The position numbers were made by a program, and so were the translations under genes. From the NCBI GenBank assembly GCA_002372315.1, contig DFFU01000004.1, forward strand, positions 29,785 to 93,784: 64,000 nt of DNA, given 5' to 3'. The DNA comes from Alphaproteobacteria bacterium UBA3768. GTDB lineage: Bacteria > Pseudomonadota > Alphaproteobacteria > CAAHEQ01 > UBA3637. The notes beneath the pieces are model-generated. The model worked only from the letters and a program-made list of their open reading frames with translations. It did no database searches and was not told the DNA's origin. Shown piece by piece: positions 29,153-38,869 of this stretch. Position 1 is the first letter of the stretch. Each line of letters starts with the position of its first letter.

Positions 29153-29839
29153 TTATTTATTTTTCAATAAATAATTTCGTCCATTGGGCATAGGACCATT
29201 TAATACGTTTTTTTGTAAAAAATATCCCGTGAGTTTAAGGCCATTTTTTAAATCAGTTTCATCCGCTTGAGAATTTTGCCATAAAAAGTTAGGTAATTTT
29301 AAAAGTTTATCTTGATAGGGGAGTCCTTTTTCAAAACTGACAGCTCGGCCAGATTTCGGGGAAATAAAAGCCAAATTTTGTTTATTACCACCACCTGCAC
29401 ATTCTGATAAATCCAATCCAAAACCTAATTCACTCAGTAAATTAAGTTCAAAAAGAATATAATTCTTTACATAAAGTTCGCTTTCTAACGTATTGATTAA
29501 ATTAAAAACAATTTTGTATAAATTTTCATACGATTGACGTTCTGGTAGGGTGCGATTTAAAATTTCACAAATGCTTTCTAAACAACTGAGACGTCCCCAA
29601 TCATCCAAATAAAATCCAGCAAGGGATTTTAAATTTTCCAAGTAAAATGTACCCAGTTGATCGGATAATCTGGCTTTCCATCGGGCGTTAACAATATCTC
29701 CTTGTTGTGGTGACTTCTTACCTTTATAAAGTCCCAAATATCGCCCATTATTTTTTGTAAATAGTGAAACGACAAAGGATTTTTCTCCCAATTTTCTACT
29801 GGCTAAAACAATGGCATTTTCATACTTGATTTCAGACAT
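29153..29839 (-). CDS. recO: DNA repair protein RecO
   Basis: RecO N-terminal OB-fold signature; conserved era-recO adjacency. Confidence 0.8.
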   Translation of the reverse strand: MSEIKYENAIVLASRKLGEKSFVVSLFTKNNGRYLGLYKGKKSPQQGDIVNARWKARLSDQLGTFYLENLKSLAGFYLDDWGRLSCLESICEILNRTLPERQSYENLYKIVFNLINTLESELYVKNYILFELNLLSELGFGLDLSECAGGGNKQNLAFISPKSGRAVSFEKGLPYQDKLLKLPNFLWQNSQADETDLKNGLKLTGYFLQKNVLNGPMPNGRNYLLKNK

Positions 29840-30713
29840 TAAAATTTAGTCCCCAAGGATTATATTGTTGAATGTCATCATCCCAATTTTCACGAACCTT
29901 GACGAATAAAAATAAATTGACCTTTTTGCCTAATTGTTTTGTCATTTCCAAACGTGCAGCTTGCCCAATTTTTTTGATCATTTGACCATTTTTACCCAAA
30001 ATTATTGATTTATGTGCCAACCGTGAAACAATGATATTTTGTTCAATGCGAATAGATTGAGATTGTTCTTTAAATAAAACAGGTTCAACAGCCAGTTGAT
30101 AGGGAAGTTCTTGACGCAAATACAAAAATAATTTTTCACGTGTTATTTCAGCACAAAAAAGTCGATCTGGCAAATCTGTAAGTTCGTCATCAGAAAACAG
30201 CCAATGTCCATTTGGTGCGTGATCCAGTAAATAATCTTTTAATTCTTTGACGTTTTCCCCAGTGGTTGCTGATATGCAAAAAACAGATGTAATATTTTTA
30301 TATTGATTCAGATTTTCTAATTGTGCGATTAAAGTATTTTTTTGAACTAAATCTACTTTATTTAAGACAAAAATAACAGGTTTATTTATTTTTTTCAGTA
30401 TTTGTGAATCTTGTTCTGTCAGGCCTTTTTTGGCATCAACAACCAACATTTGTAAATCGGCATCTTCCGATTCTGTCCAAGCACAATCAATCATTGCCCG
30501 ATCTAAACGGCGGTGAGGGGTAAAAATTCCTGGGGTATCAACCAAAACCAATTGTGTTTCTTTTTCCGTTAAAACTCCACGCACACGTGAACGTGTTGTT
30601 TGAACTTTTGGGGAAACAATACTGATTTTTTGTCCCACTAAGCGGTTGATGAGTGTGGATTTTCCCACGTTCGTTTGTCCAATAATCGCCACAAATGCAA
30701 ATTTATGTGTCAT
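29832..30713 (-). CDS. era: GTPase Era
   Basis: G1-G4 motifs (GQTNVGKST, DTPG, NKVD) and C-terminal KH domain. Confidence 0.9.
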   Translation of the reverse strand: MTHKFAFVAIIGQTNVGKSTLINRLVGQKISIVSPKVQTTRSRVRGVLTEKETQLVLVDTPGIFTPHRRLDRAMIDCAWTESEDADLQMLVVDAKKGLTEQDSQILKKINKPVIFVLNKVDLVQKNTLIAQLENLNQYKNITSVFCISATTGENVKELKDYLLDHAPNGHWLFSDDELTDLPDRLFCAEITREKLFLYLRQELPYQLAVEPVLFKEQSQSIRIEQNIIVSRLAHKSIILGKNGQMIKKIGQAARLEMTKQLGKKVNLFLFVKVRENWDDDIQQYNPWGLNFNV

Positions 30714-31338
30714 GTTGTATTTCTTGTAATAATAAATAGGCTGCTTCTTGTTCTGCTTTTTTTATGGAGCCTCCCTTGGCCATTTTAACATAGGGACCTG
30801 ATTCTACTTTCACTGTAAATTCAGGAGCGTGCGATTGACCATGTTGTTCAACAAGAGTGTAGATGGGTAAAACACCAAAGTTTTTTTGTGAATATTCTTG
30901 CAGGGCAGACTTCGAATCCTGTGGTGCGTGATCATAGGAAAGCATCAAAGGTTCCCAAATGGGTTGAACAAATTCTTTAGCAACCTCTAGTCCTTGATCC
31001 AAATAGAGAGCTCCTATGATGGATTCACAAACATCAGATAAAATAGATTTATTATGGCGAATACAGTGTGCGGCCTTTTCGGAAAAAGCCTCTAGCTTCC
31101 AACTTTTGGCGATTTTTGCCAATGTTTTGCCACAGGTAAGTGCCACAAAGCGTTTTGCTAATAATCCTTCTGCTTCATTTGGATAGGCGTTGTACAGCAT
31201 CTCGGCAACAATAATGCCTAACACCCTGTCTCCTAAAAATTCTAATCGCTCATAGCCCGCTTTCTGTCCGGCTAAGGCCAAATGAGTTGCTTGATCAAAT
31301 AAATCCTGATTTTTAAACAATGTGCGAATTTGCTCCAT
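30703..31338 (-). CDS. rnc: ribonuclease III
   Basis: RNase III signature ERLEFLGDRVLG and C-terminal dsRBD. Confidence 0.9.
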   Translation of the reverse strand: MEQIRTLFKNQDLFDQATHLALAGQKAGYERLEFLGDRVLGIIVAEMLYNAYPNEAEGLLAKRFVALTCGKTLAKIAKSWKLEAFSEKAAHCIRHNKSILSDVCESIIGALYLDQGLEVAKEFVQPIWEPLMLSYDHAPQDSKSALQEYSQKNFGVLPIYTLVEQHGQSHAPEFTVKVESGPYVKMAKGGSIKKAEQEAAYLLLQEIQHDT

Positions 31339-31349
31339 TGAAAAGCCTC

Positions 31350-32309
31350 CTATTTAATCTCGTTGAAAAAACGTTCAAAACGTAAAAATTCTTTCCAACG
31401 CCAAAATTGAAAAAACCAACCATCCCCGTTTGTTGAATAAAATAGTATGCGTGCCTTTCCTTCTAAATTTTCTGCAGGAACCAATCCAAAATAACGGCTG
31501 TCTGCTGAATTATCACGGTTGTCGCCCATCACGAAATAGAATCCTTCGGGAACGCTAATGGGAGAAGTATTATCATAATTTGCATTATCGCTGAGCTCAT
31601 AGATATCATGTACAACCCCATTGGGCAGTGTTTCTGTGTAGCGGACGTACAATTGTTCGCCCACCTCAGTTGTCCAAGATTCACGTGATTTTTCTTCACG
31701 AGGAACGATTTGATTGTTAATGTATAAACGACCATCGCGCATTTGAATAGTATCTCCTGGTAACCCAATTAAACGTTTGATATAATCAGTGTTGTTTTCA
31801 GGTGGTTTTTTAAAGATAACAATATCACCACGTTTGGGCTGATTAAAAAATATGCGACCTTTCGGAATTAAAGGAATTGACAAGGGGAAAGAATGTTTTG
31901 AATAGCCATAATCAAATTTTGTAATAAAAAGATAATCGCCAATTAATAGGGTCGGGACCATTGAACTGGATGGGATATTATAGGGTTCAAAAAATAGGGA
32001 ACGAATAGCCAATGCAGCCAAAATAGCCCAAAAAAAACCAGTCCATCCATCTTTTTTCTTTTTGTCGCTTTGGATGAGTTGTCGATTGAGTTCTTCAATT
32101 TTAAGCTGATGTTCTTTTTCCATTTTGCTTTGTTCGGTATCAAAAGGAGTTGAATCTTTTGATGTCAAAATTTCAGAAAGGGGAGTAGAAACGTTTTGCT
32201 GTGGGGAGGAGGGTGCTTCTTGAGTTCCCTGTATTGGGGTCGGGGTATCCTGTTGAGTGTTTATTGTATCGGGAAAGTCTTTTTGTGTTGTATTTTGATT
32301 TTCTTCCAT
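31350..32309 (-). CDS. lepB: signal peptidase I with a long low-complexity N-terminal cytoplasmic extension
   Basis: S26 motifs (SSMVPTL, GDNRDNSADSR); conserved lepB-rnc-era order. Confidence 0.85.
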   Translation of the reverse strand: MEENQNTTQKDFPDTINTQQDTPTPIQGTQEAPSSPQQNVSTPLSEILTSKDSTPFDTEQSKMEKEHQLKIEELNRQLIQSDKKKKDGWTGFFWAILAALAIRSLFFEPYNIPSSSMVPTLLIGDYLFITKFDYGYSKHSFPLSIPLIPKGRIFFNQPKRGDIVIFKKPPENNTDYIKRLIGLPGDTIQMRDGRLYINNQIVPREEKSRESWTTEVGEQLYVRYTETLPNGVVHDIYELSDNANYDNTSPISVPEGFYFVMGDNRDNSADSRYFGLVPAENLEGKARILFYSTNGDGWFFQFWRWKEFLRFERFFNEIK

Positions 32310-32461
32310 TTTAAATCCTTTCTATTGACTGAACAATTTAGCATAAAATAAAAACCTTGTCCAGTAAAATTAAAAAGATTTTAAAAAATAAAGAAAATGT
32401 TTGACTTTAAGTTTGAAAAAATGTATCCTTATTCGTATATAAATAACTGAAAGGAATAATA

Positions 32462-33940
32462 ATGGCAAGTGAAGAAAATTTGGGACATGAACAAAGACAA
32501 ATACGCTTAGACAAATTAAGGAAACTGGAAGAAAAAGGCATTAATCCTTATCCTCATGACTTCAAACCGAATGCGACAAGTGTTTCTTTGTCTCAAAAGT
32601 ATGCCAATTTATTGCCTGACACCCAAACTGAAGATGTTGTTATTGTGGCAGGACGTGTGCGTGCGATTCGTAATTCCGGTATGTTTATGGATATTTATGA
32701 TGCGACTGGTAAGGTTCAAATTTACACTTCAAAGGAACATTCTGAATCAGCTGTTTTGGAAATGCTGGATATGATAGATATTGGGGATGTCATTGGTATA
32801 GAAGGTACTGTACGTCGTACAAAGCGGGGGGAATTATCAGTAAATACACAAAAAATTACAATGTTAGCAAAGGCGTTGTTACCTTTACCAGAAAAATTTC
32901 ATGGTTTAACCGATACAGATACAAAATATCGCCATCGTGAGTTGGATATGATAATGACGCCTGAAACAATTCAGACGTTTATTAAACGTAGTAAGATATA
33001 TGAATCCATTCGTCAATTATTAATTAAAAAAGGCTGTTTAGAGGTAGAAACTCCTATATTGCAGGCTGTAAAAGGAGGTGCAGCTGCAAAGCCCTTTATT
33101 ACACATCATAATACACTGGATATGGATTTGTTTTTACGTGTAGCACCTGAATTATTTTTAAAACGATTGATTGTAGGGGGATTGCCAGGTGTCTTTGAAT
33201 TTGCAAAAGATTTCCGTAATGAAGGGATGGATACAAGTCATAATCCTGAATTTACTTGTTTAGAGATGTATTTGCCCTATACAGATTATAACGATATGGC
33301 TGATTTATTTGAAGAGATTGTACGTAAGGCTTGTCAGGATGTAAATGGTACATTACAAATTGAATATGATGGTAAGAAATTTGATTTATCCAAGCCTTTT
33401 GAACGGGTGACTATGAATGATATGATTAAAAAGTATGTAGGGGTCGACTTTATGGCAATTCAATCGGATGATGAAGCTCGCAAAACGGCAGATAAATTGG
33501 GGGTTCATGTTGAACAAGATGATGATTGGGGACATTGCATGGCGGCAGTTTTTGAAGAAAAATGTGAAGAACATTTAATTCAGCCAACAATTGTAATGGA
33601 TCATCCAAAATCTATGAATCCCTTATGTAAAACGCATCGTGATGAACCACGTTTGGTGGAACAATTTGAACCCTATATTAATGGCAAGGAAATGGGTAAT
33701 GCTTATACGGAACTGACAAATCCATTGGATCAACGTGAACGTTTTGAGGAGCAGGTCGCCGCCCGTGAAGCTGGTGATGAAGAAGCCGATATGATGGATG
33801 ATGATTTTGTGGAGGCTTTGGAACATGGTTTACCACCCACGGGGGGGATGGGTATCGGTATGGATAGGTTGGTGATGTTTTTAACTGGTAACACATCTAT
33901 TCGTGATGTGATTGCTTTCCCCACAATGCGTAAAAAATAA
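32462..33940 (+). CDS. lysS: lysine--tRNA ligase (class II)
   Basis: N-terminal OB anticodon-binding domain and class II motifs 1-3 (GGMGIGMDRLVM). Confidence 0.9.
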   Translation: MASEENLGHEQRQIRLDKLRKLEEKGINPYPHDFKPNATSVSLSQKYANLLPDTQTEDVVIVAGRVRAIRNSGMFMDIYDATGKVQIYTSKEHSESAVLEMLDMIDIGDVIGIEGTVRRTKRGELSVNTQKITMLAKALLPLPEKFHGLTDTDTKYRHRELDMIMTPETIQTFIKRSKIYESIRQLLIKKGCLEVETPILQAVKGGAAAKPFITHHNTLDMDLFLRVAPELFLKRLIVGGLPGVFEFAKDFRNEGMDTSHNPEFTCLEMYLPYTDYNDMADLFEEIVRKACQDVNGTLQIEYDGKKFDLSKPFERVTMNDMIKKYVGVDFMAIQSDDEARKTADKLGVHVEQDDDWGHCMAAVFEEKCEEHLIQPTIVMDHPKSMNPLCKTHRDEPRLVEQFEPYINGKEMGNAYTELTNPLDQRERFEEQVAAREAGDEEADMMDDDFVEALEHGLPPTGGMGIGMDRLVMFLTGNTSIRDVIAFPTMRKK

Positions 33941-33950
33941 GGAGGAAAAA

Positions 33951-34205
33951 ATGAAAGAACTTTTTCAAAATTTAATGAATTTAGATAAGCCTGTTTTAAC
34001 GGAAAAATTGGCCCCAATGTTATCACCTTTTGCCCGATTGATTTATGTTATTGGTTTGGTGATTATAACAATAGCAACTTTGGCGAGTTTAATTCTTTTA
34101 TTTAAATTTGAAATATCAGCATTCCTAGTTTCACTGTTAGGAATTTGTGCTGAATTTGCTCTTGTTCGTATGTTTTGTGAGTATTTGGTGTCTGCAAAAA
34201 AGTAA
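33951..34205 (+). CDS. small hypothetical membrane protein
   Basis: AAGGAGG RBS before ATG 33951; two hydrophobic helices. Confidence 0.4.
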   Translation: MKELFQNLMNLDKPVLTEKLAPMLSPFARLIYVIGLVIITIATLASLILLFKFEISAFLVSLLGICAEFALVRMFCEYLVSAKK

Positions 34206-34211
34206 TAAAGA

Positions 34212-34288
<77 letters not shown>

Positions 34289-34305
34289 AAATTTTATAGG
34301 CAAAT

Positions 34306-34749
34306 ATGATTTGTCAAAGTATACAAGCGACAGCGGTTTGTTTTAAAAAAAAAGCGATTTTGATTCAAGGACCTTCAGGTGTTGGAAAAACTGCTTTAGC
34401 CCTGAGGATTATAGATCGTGGTGGAACGTTATTAGGTGATGATCTTGTTGATGTTTTTGTAAAAAAAGATACTCTCTATTGTAAAGGAAAGCAGAGATTA
34501 AAGGGGGTTGTTGAAATAAAAGGCTTAGGATTAGTCTGTGGTCTTAAAACGGCAAAAGCGTGCCCTGTTTTATGTGTGATTCGTCTTCATAATAAAAAAA
34601 CAGATAGACTTCCTTCAGCCCACTACATAACGTTATGTAACAAAAAAATTCCTGTTTTTGATTTTTATGCTTGCGAAATGAACGATATTCAAGTATTATA
34701 TGTTGTGGATATTTTAAAAGGACGTTATTCACTTTTAAAGGAGATGTAG
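34306..34749 (+). CDS. hprK: HPr kinase/phosphorylase C-terminal domain protein (truncated alphaproteobacterial HprK)
   Basis: Walker A GPSGVGKT and the HprK core; ~147 aa as in alphaproteobacterial short HprK. Confidence 0.75.
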   Translation: MICQSIQATAVCFKKKAILIQGPSGVGKTALALRIIDRGGTLLGDDLVDVFVKKDTLYCKGKQRLKGVVEIKGLGLVCGLKTAKACPVLCVIRLHNKKTDRLPSAHYITLCNKKIPVFDFYACEMNDIQVLYVVDILKGRYSLLKEM

Positions 34750-35169
34750 ATGTTGGGAGTTGTATTGGTTGCACACAATAATTTAGCTGAATCAATGAAA
34801 TCTGTGGCCGAGCATGTTGTCGGTCCTTTACCTGATTTGATGTGTGTTTCGGTCAAACCAGATGACGACATTGAACTTAAAAGAAATGAAATAGCCCAAA
34901 AAATAGAACAAGCTGATAGGGGGAAAGGGGTTGTGTTATTAACAGATATGTTTGGGGGAACACCCTCTAATTTGGCGATATCTTTGATGCAAGAAGGTAA
35001 AGTAGAGGTTATTTCTGGGATGAATGTTCCGATGTTGGTTAAATTATTAAGGATACGCAAAAAAGCGTTGTCTGAGGTGATTCAAGAATCTGCAGAATCT
35101 GGTAAACACTACATAATGGTGGCATCTAATTTTTTGGGGAAGAAAAATGACAGTAAAAACAACAGTTAA
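34750..35169 (+). CDS. PTS EIIA component, mannose family (ManX-like)
   Basis: N-terminal MLGVVLVAHNNLAESM EIIA-Man signature with a conserved His. Confidence 0.75.
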   Translation: MLGVVLVAHNNLAESMKSVAEHVVGPLPDLMCVSVKPDDDIELKRNEIAQKIEQADRGKGVVLLTDMFGGTPSNLAISLMQEGKVEVISGMNVPMLVKLLRIRKKALSEVIQESAESGKHYIMVASNFLGKKNDSKNNS

Positions 35170-35422
35170 AATTCAAAATGTGCGTGGATTACATGCGCGT
35201 GCAACGGCGGCTTTTGTGAAATTAGCGGATACATATTCCGATGAAATATATGTTACAAATTCAGAAGGGTTACGTGTTTCTGGAAAATCAATTATGGGGC
35301 TTTTAATGCTAGGAGCCCCTATGGGGTCTACTTTAACTCTTGAAGTTGAAGGTGAGGGAGGAAGCGAGATTTGTGATAAATTGGTGGATTTAGTCAATAA
35401 TAAATTTGGGGAAGAAATATGA
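35147..35422 (+). CDS. HPr/NPr phosphocarrier protein
   Basis: 91-aa protein with the active-site His region (NVRGLHARATAAFV) and regulatory Ser region (GKSIMGLLMLGA). Confidence 0.75.
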   Translation: MTVKTTVKIQNVRGLHARATAAFVKLADTYSDEIYVTNSEGLRVSGKSIMGLLMLGAPMGSTLTLEVEGEGGSEICDKLVDLVNNKFGEEI

Positions 35423-35904
35423 ACGAAACAAGAAAAAAAACACTTGTCGGATTTCTATTATGCACCTTATTGGGAATATGGTTTGTTATGGCCCATAACA
35501 CTTCTATGAAAGAGCAAAAAAAAGATGATTTTCTTCTTTATGCTTATTTTTCTAAAACGGATGGTTTGAATGTGGGAGCGCCTGTTCGTATGTCTGGTTT
35601 GCCAGTCGGACATGTTTTTTCCTTGGATTTTGGGGATAATTTTTTGGTTCGTTCTACCCTTTCTTTTGATAAAAAATTAAATTTACCAATAGATTCATCC
35701 GTTTCTATTGAAACAGATGGTATTTTGGGTTCGAAGCATATCGAATTAATTCCTGGAGCAGATGAAGAAGTATTTCATTCTGGGGACAATATTGCCTATA
35801 CCCAAGATGCTTTACTGTTAGATGAATTATTAAATAAACTGAATGCCTATATGGCAAATAAAAAGGCCAACAAAGGAGTTAACCATGAAGAAGAATCCAA
35901 TTGA
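35419..35904 (+). CDS. MlaD-like MCE-domain protein
   Basis: N-terminal TM anchor and MCE domain. Confidence 0.65.
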   Translation: MNETRKKTLVGFLLCTLLGIWFVMAHNTSMKEQKKDDFLLYAYFSKTDGLNVGAPVRMSGLPVGHVFSLDFGDNFLVRSTLSFDKKLNLPIDSSVSIETDGILGSKHIELIPGADEEVFHSGDNIAYTQDALLLDELLNKLNAYMANKKANKGVNHEEESN

Positions 35905-36328
35905 AACAATTTTAGGTTTTTGTGTTTTAATTTTTGCGATTGTTTTTACAATTTATGTGGCAACAAAAGTTGATACGCATCAGGTTGAGGGCTACCATAT
36001 TTTGGCAAATTTCTCAAAAGTAGGGGGACTTCAGGTTGGTTCTGATGTGATGATTTCTGGGATTAAGGTTGGTTCAGTTTTGAAAACAGAGCTAAATAAT
36101 GAGGATTATACTGCAGATGTGACTTTAAGTATTAATTCAAAGATTAATTTACCTATCGATACAGTGGCTGGAATCTCAGATGCGGGTTTGATGGGAGATA
36201 AGTATGTGCGTTTAGAACCAGGGAAGAGCCGTGCGATTTTAAAAGATGGTGATAAAATTTTGAATACAAAAAATTATAAATCTTTGGAAGATAATGTTTC
36301 TGAATTTATATTTTTATCAACAAAGTAG
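35885..36328 (+). CDS. second MlaD-like MCE-domain protein
   Basis: AAAGGAG RBS before ATG 35885; TM anchor plus MCE domain; weak paralog of the preceding gene. Confidence 0.6.
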   Translation: MKKNPIETILGFCVLIFAIVFTIYVATKVDTHQVEGYHILANFSKVGGLQVGSDVMISGIKVGSVLKTELNNEDYTADVTLSINSKINLPIDTVAGISDAGLMGDKYVRLEPGKSRAILKDGDKILNTKNYKSLEDNVSEFIFLSTK

Positions 36329-36334
36329 GCAGAT

Positions 36335-36745
36335 ATGAAAAAAATAATATTTCTTTTATTATGGTGGATTGCGCCAGTAATGGCAGCAACGGTATCAGCT
36401 GATCGTGTGGTTCTACAAGGTATGGATAAGGTTACAGGTCGCGTGAGGGAATTATCTTTTCCTGTGGGTAGTAGTATGGATTTTGATGAATTGACAATTA
36501 TGGTTGATAAATGTATGACAAAAACACCGGAAGAAACACCAGAAAATGCCGCTTTTTTGAGAATATCACAACATGGTAAAGAGATTTTCTCTGGGTGGAT
36601 GTTCTCTTCTAACCCTGCTATATCGGCAATGGAAGATCCTGTTTATGATGTATGGGTTGTTGAATGCGCAAATGAATCACCTGCGTTAATTGAATCCATA
36701 ACTGATGAGATTGAACAAATCACAGAATCAGAGGTTGAAGATTAA
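36335..36745 (+). CDS. DUF2155-like periplasmic protein (commonly follows MCE proteins in alphaproteobacteria)
   Basis: signal peptide and a conserved LQGMDKVTGR-type region. Confidence 0.5.
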   Translation: MKKIIFLLLWWIAPVMAATVSADRVVLQGMDKVTGRVRELSFPVGSSMDFDELTIMVDKCMTKTPEETPENAAFLRISQHGKEIFSGWMFSSNPAISAMEDPVYDVWVVECANESPALIESITDEIEQITESEVED

Positions 36746-36809
36746 ACAAATAAGCATCGCAATATTAGGTTAAACCACAAAACACTGTTTATTGTGGTTA
36801 TTACGAAAA

Positions 36810-37652
36810 TCAATTAAAAAAAGCCAATAACTGAATCAGTTTTTCGCGTAAATCTTTACGGTGAACAACCTGATCTATCATACCATGGTTTAATAAATAT
36901 TCTGATTTTTGAAAATCTGGTGGTAATGTTTCATGAATAGTTTGTTCAATGACTCTGGATCCAGCAAAACCAATAATAGCACCAGGTTCAGCTAAAGTTA
37001 TATCAGATAACATTGCAAAAGAAGCAGTAACACCGCCAGTTGTTGGATTCGTCAAAACCGTTATATAGGGGATTTTTTTCTTTTTTAATTCTTGTACAGC
37101 AATGGTTGTGCGTACCATTTGCATTAACGAAAGAATCCCTTCTTGCATACGCGCACCACCGCTTGCAGGCAATAAAATCAATGAGGCTTTTTGAATTTCT
37201 GCCAATTTTGCAGCTGTTATAATACCTTGACCAACAGCTGTTCCCATTGACCCACCCATAAAATCAAAATTAAAGACAGCCATTACAACCCTCTTACCGC
37301 CAATTGTCCCATGTGCAACAGAAATAGCTTCTTCTTGTTTTGTTTTTTTGCGTGCTTCTTTTAATCTATCTGTGTATTTTTTTACATCATGAAAGTGCAG
37401 AGGATCTTCTGAAACTTTAGGCAGTTGAATTAAGTTATATTGAGAATTATCAAAAAGTAATTCAAAACGTTCATGGGTGGGCAAACGAAAATGGTATTCA
37501 CAATGCGGACAAACAAAATGCGATTTTGTCATTTCACTATGAAACAACATTGCCCCGCATTTAGAACACCTGTCCCAAAAATTATCAGGAATATCTTTAC
37601 TAAGTCCTACTTTTTTTACTGTCGGACGAGATAAATTGGAAATCCAACTCAT
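36810..37652 (-). CDS. accD: acetyl-CoA carboxylase carboxyltransferase beta subunit
   Basis: N-terminal C4 zinc ribbon (CSKC..CPHC) and carboxyltransferase domain. Confidence 0.9.
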   Translation of the reverse strand: MSWISNLSRPTVKKVGLSKDIPDNFWDRCSKCGAMLFHSEMTKSHFVCPHCEYHFRLPTHERFELLFDNSQYNLIQLPKVSEDPLHFHDVKKYTDRLKEARKKTKQEEAISVAHGTIGGKRVVMAVFNFDFMGGSMGTAVGQGIITAAKLAEIQKASLILLPASGGARMQEGILSLMQMVRTTIAVQELKKKKIPYITVLTNPTTGGVTASFAMLSDITLAEPGAIIGFAGSRVIEQTIHETLPPDFQKSEYLLNHGMIDQVVHRKDLREKLIQLLAFFN

Positions 37653-37933
37653 TTTTTACCATTTATAGCATTTACAATTGCTTTTCCAGCTTTAAAGTAT
37701 GGAATCCTTTTTTCTGGAACAAAAACTTGCTCACCTGTTTTTGGATTACGTCCCATGCGCGATTTTCGTGTTCTCATTGAAAAAATTCCAAAATTTCTAA
37801 GCTCAACACGTCCTCCTTCTAATAAGGTTTGAATAATTTCATCAAAAATAGTTTCAACGACAACCTTAGCATTTTGGGTGCTCAGGTGCATTTCTTGGGC
37901 TAAACGTGTAATCAATTCAGATTTAATCATCAT
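37649..37933 (-). CDS. ihfB: integration host factor beta subunit (HU/IHF family)
   Basis: 94-aa DNA-binding protein with the IHF-beta signature (GRNPKTGE). Confidence 0.8.
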   Translation of the reverse strand: MMIKSELITRLAQEMHLSTQNAKVVVETIFDEIIQTLLEGGRVELRNFGIFSMRTRKSRMGRNPKTGEQVFVPEKRIPYFKAGKAIVNAINGKK

Positions 37934-37957
37934 ATACTCCTTTGTTATAAAAATAGT

Positions 37958-38869
37958 CTACGCATTTTTAACAGATTTGTCAAGTGGGGTTTTTATCTTA
38001 CTAATAGCCTCAGCCCCAGAAACAATATCAATCAGTTCATCTGTAATTTGATTTTGTCGCATTTGTTGATAAAGCAACTCTAACTCATTGAGCTTTTCAT
38101 CAATATTCTTTTCTGCTTGTTGCATATGTATCATACGAGTATAATGTTCTGATGCTAAAGAAGCTGTTAGAGCATGGGTTACAGATAGGGTAAAATATTC
38201 ATGTATGAAAGCAGAAAAAAGTTCTTTATAATCAGCAGTTACCAAAGGCAAAGATCTGCCAGTCCATTTCTTTGTTTTTAAATTTTCAAGTATTCCTTTT
38301 TGAAAAGGAATCAACTGTTCTGCTTGAACTTTTAATCCAGTTGCTTGACGTGAAGTGTAAAAGAGCCAGACTGAATCAAAACCTTCATGAGAAACAGAAT
38401 GGTGAATTTTTGCTAAAATAACATTGGATAAAGGTGAAATTTCTTTGATGGTATTAGAATTGTTATAACAGGCCAATTTAGGCGTTTCTTTTGGAAAATT
38501 AAAATGCGCTAAGCGTTTGCCGACTGTAATAACTTTGATCTGACTTTGAGGAAATTGATCGTATAAAGTATCTTGCATTTTTTTGATGACATCACGATTA
38601 AAACGACCTACTAATCCATTATCTGATCCTATAACGATGGCAAGTACTTTGTTCTTTTGTTTTGATATCTCAGGAACTTCAAATTGAAAATTTTCTTGAA
38701 CAAAAAGACCTTGAAAAGCCAAATATAAATTTTCATTGCATTGCTTTAAAGATTTTAACGCTTTTTCAAATTGTCCCACAGAAACAGATGACAACATTTT
38801 CATTGTGCTGACGATACCGCGCAGGTCATTTGTTGTTTTAATGCGTTTATTTAATATTTCTTGACTCAT
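37958..38869 (-). CDS. atpG: ATP synthase gamma subunit (N-ATPase-type operon)
   Basis: gamma-subunit N- and C-terminal helices; overlaps atpA by 4 nt. Confidence 0.85.
   Translation of the reverse strand: MSQEILNKRIKTTNDLRGIVSTMKMLSSVSVGQFEKALKSLKQCNENLYLAFQGLFVQENFQFEVPEISKQKNKVLAIVIGSDNGLVGRFNRDVIKKMQDTLYDQFPQSQIKVITVGKRLAHFNFPKETPKLACYNNSNTIKEISPLSNVILAKIHHSVSHEGFDSVWLFYTSRQATGLKVQAEQLIPFQKGILENLKTKKWTGRSLPLVTADYKELFSAFIHEYFTLSVTHALTASLASEHYTRMIHMQQAEKNIDEKLNELELLYQQMRQNQITDELIDIVSGAEAISKIKTPLDKSVKNA

Noticed and set aside
33623-34026. Several minus-strand ORFs (62-98 aa) inside lysS
   Set aside because: Antisense to a highly conserved synthetase gene; no independent support.
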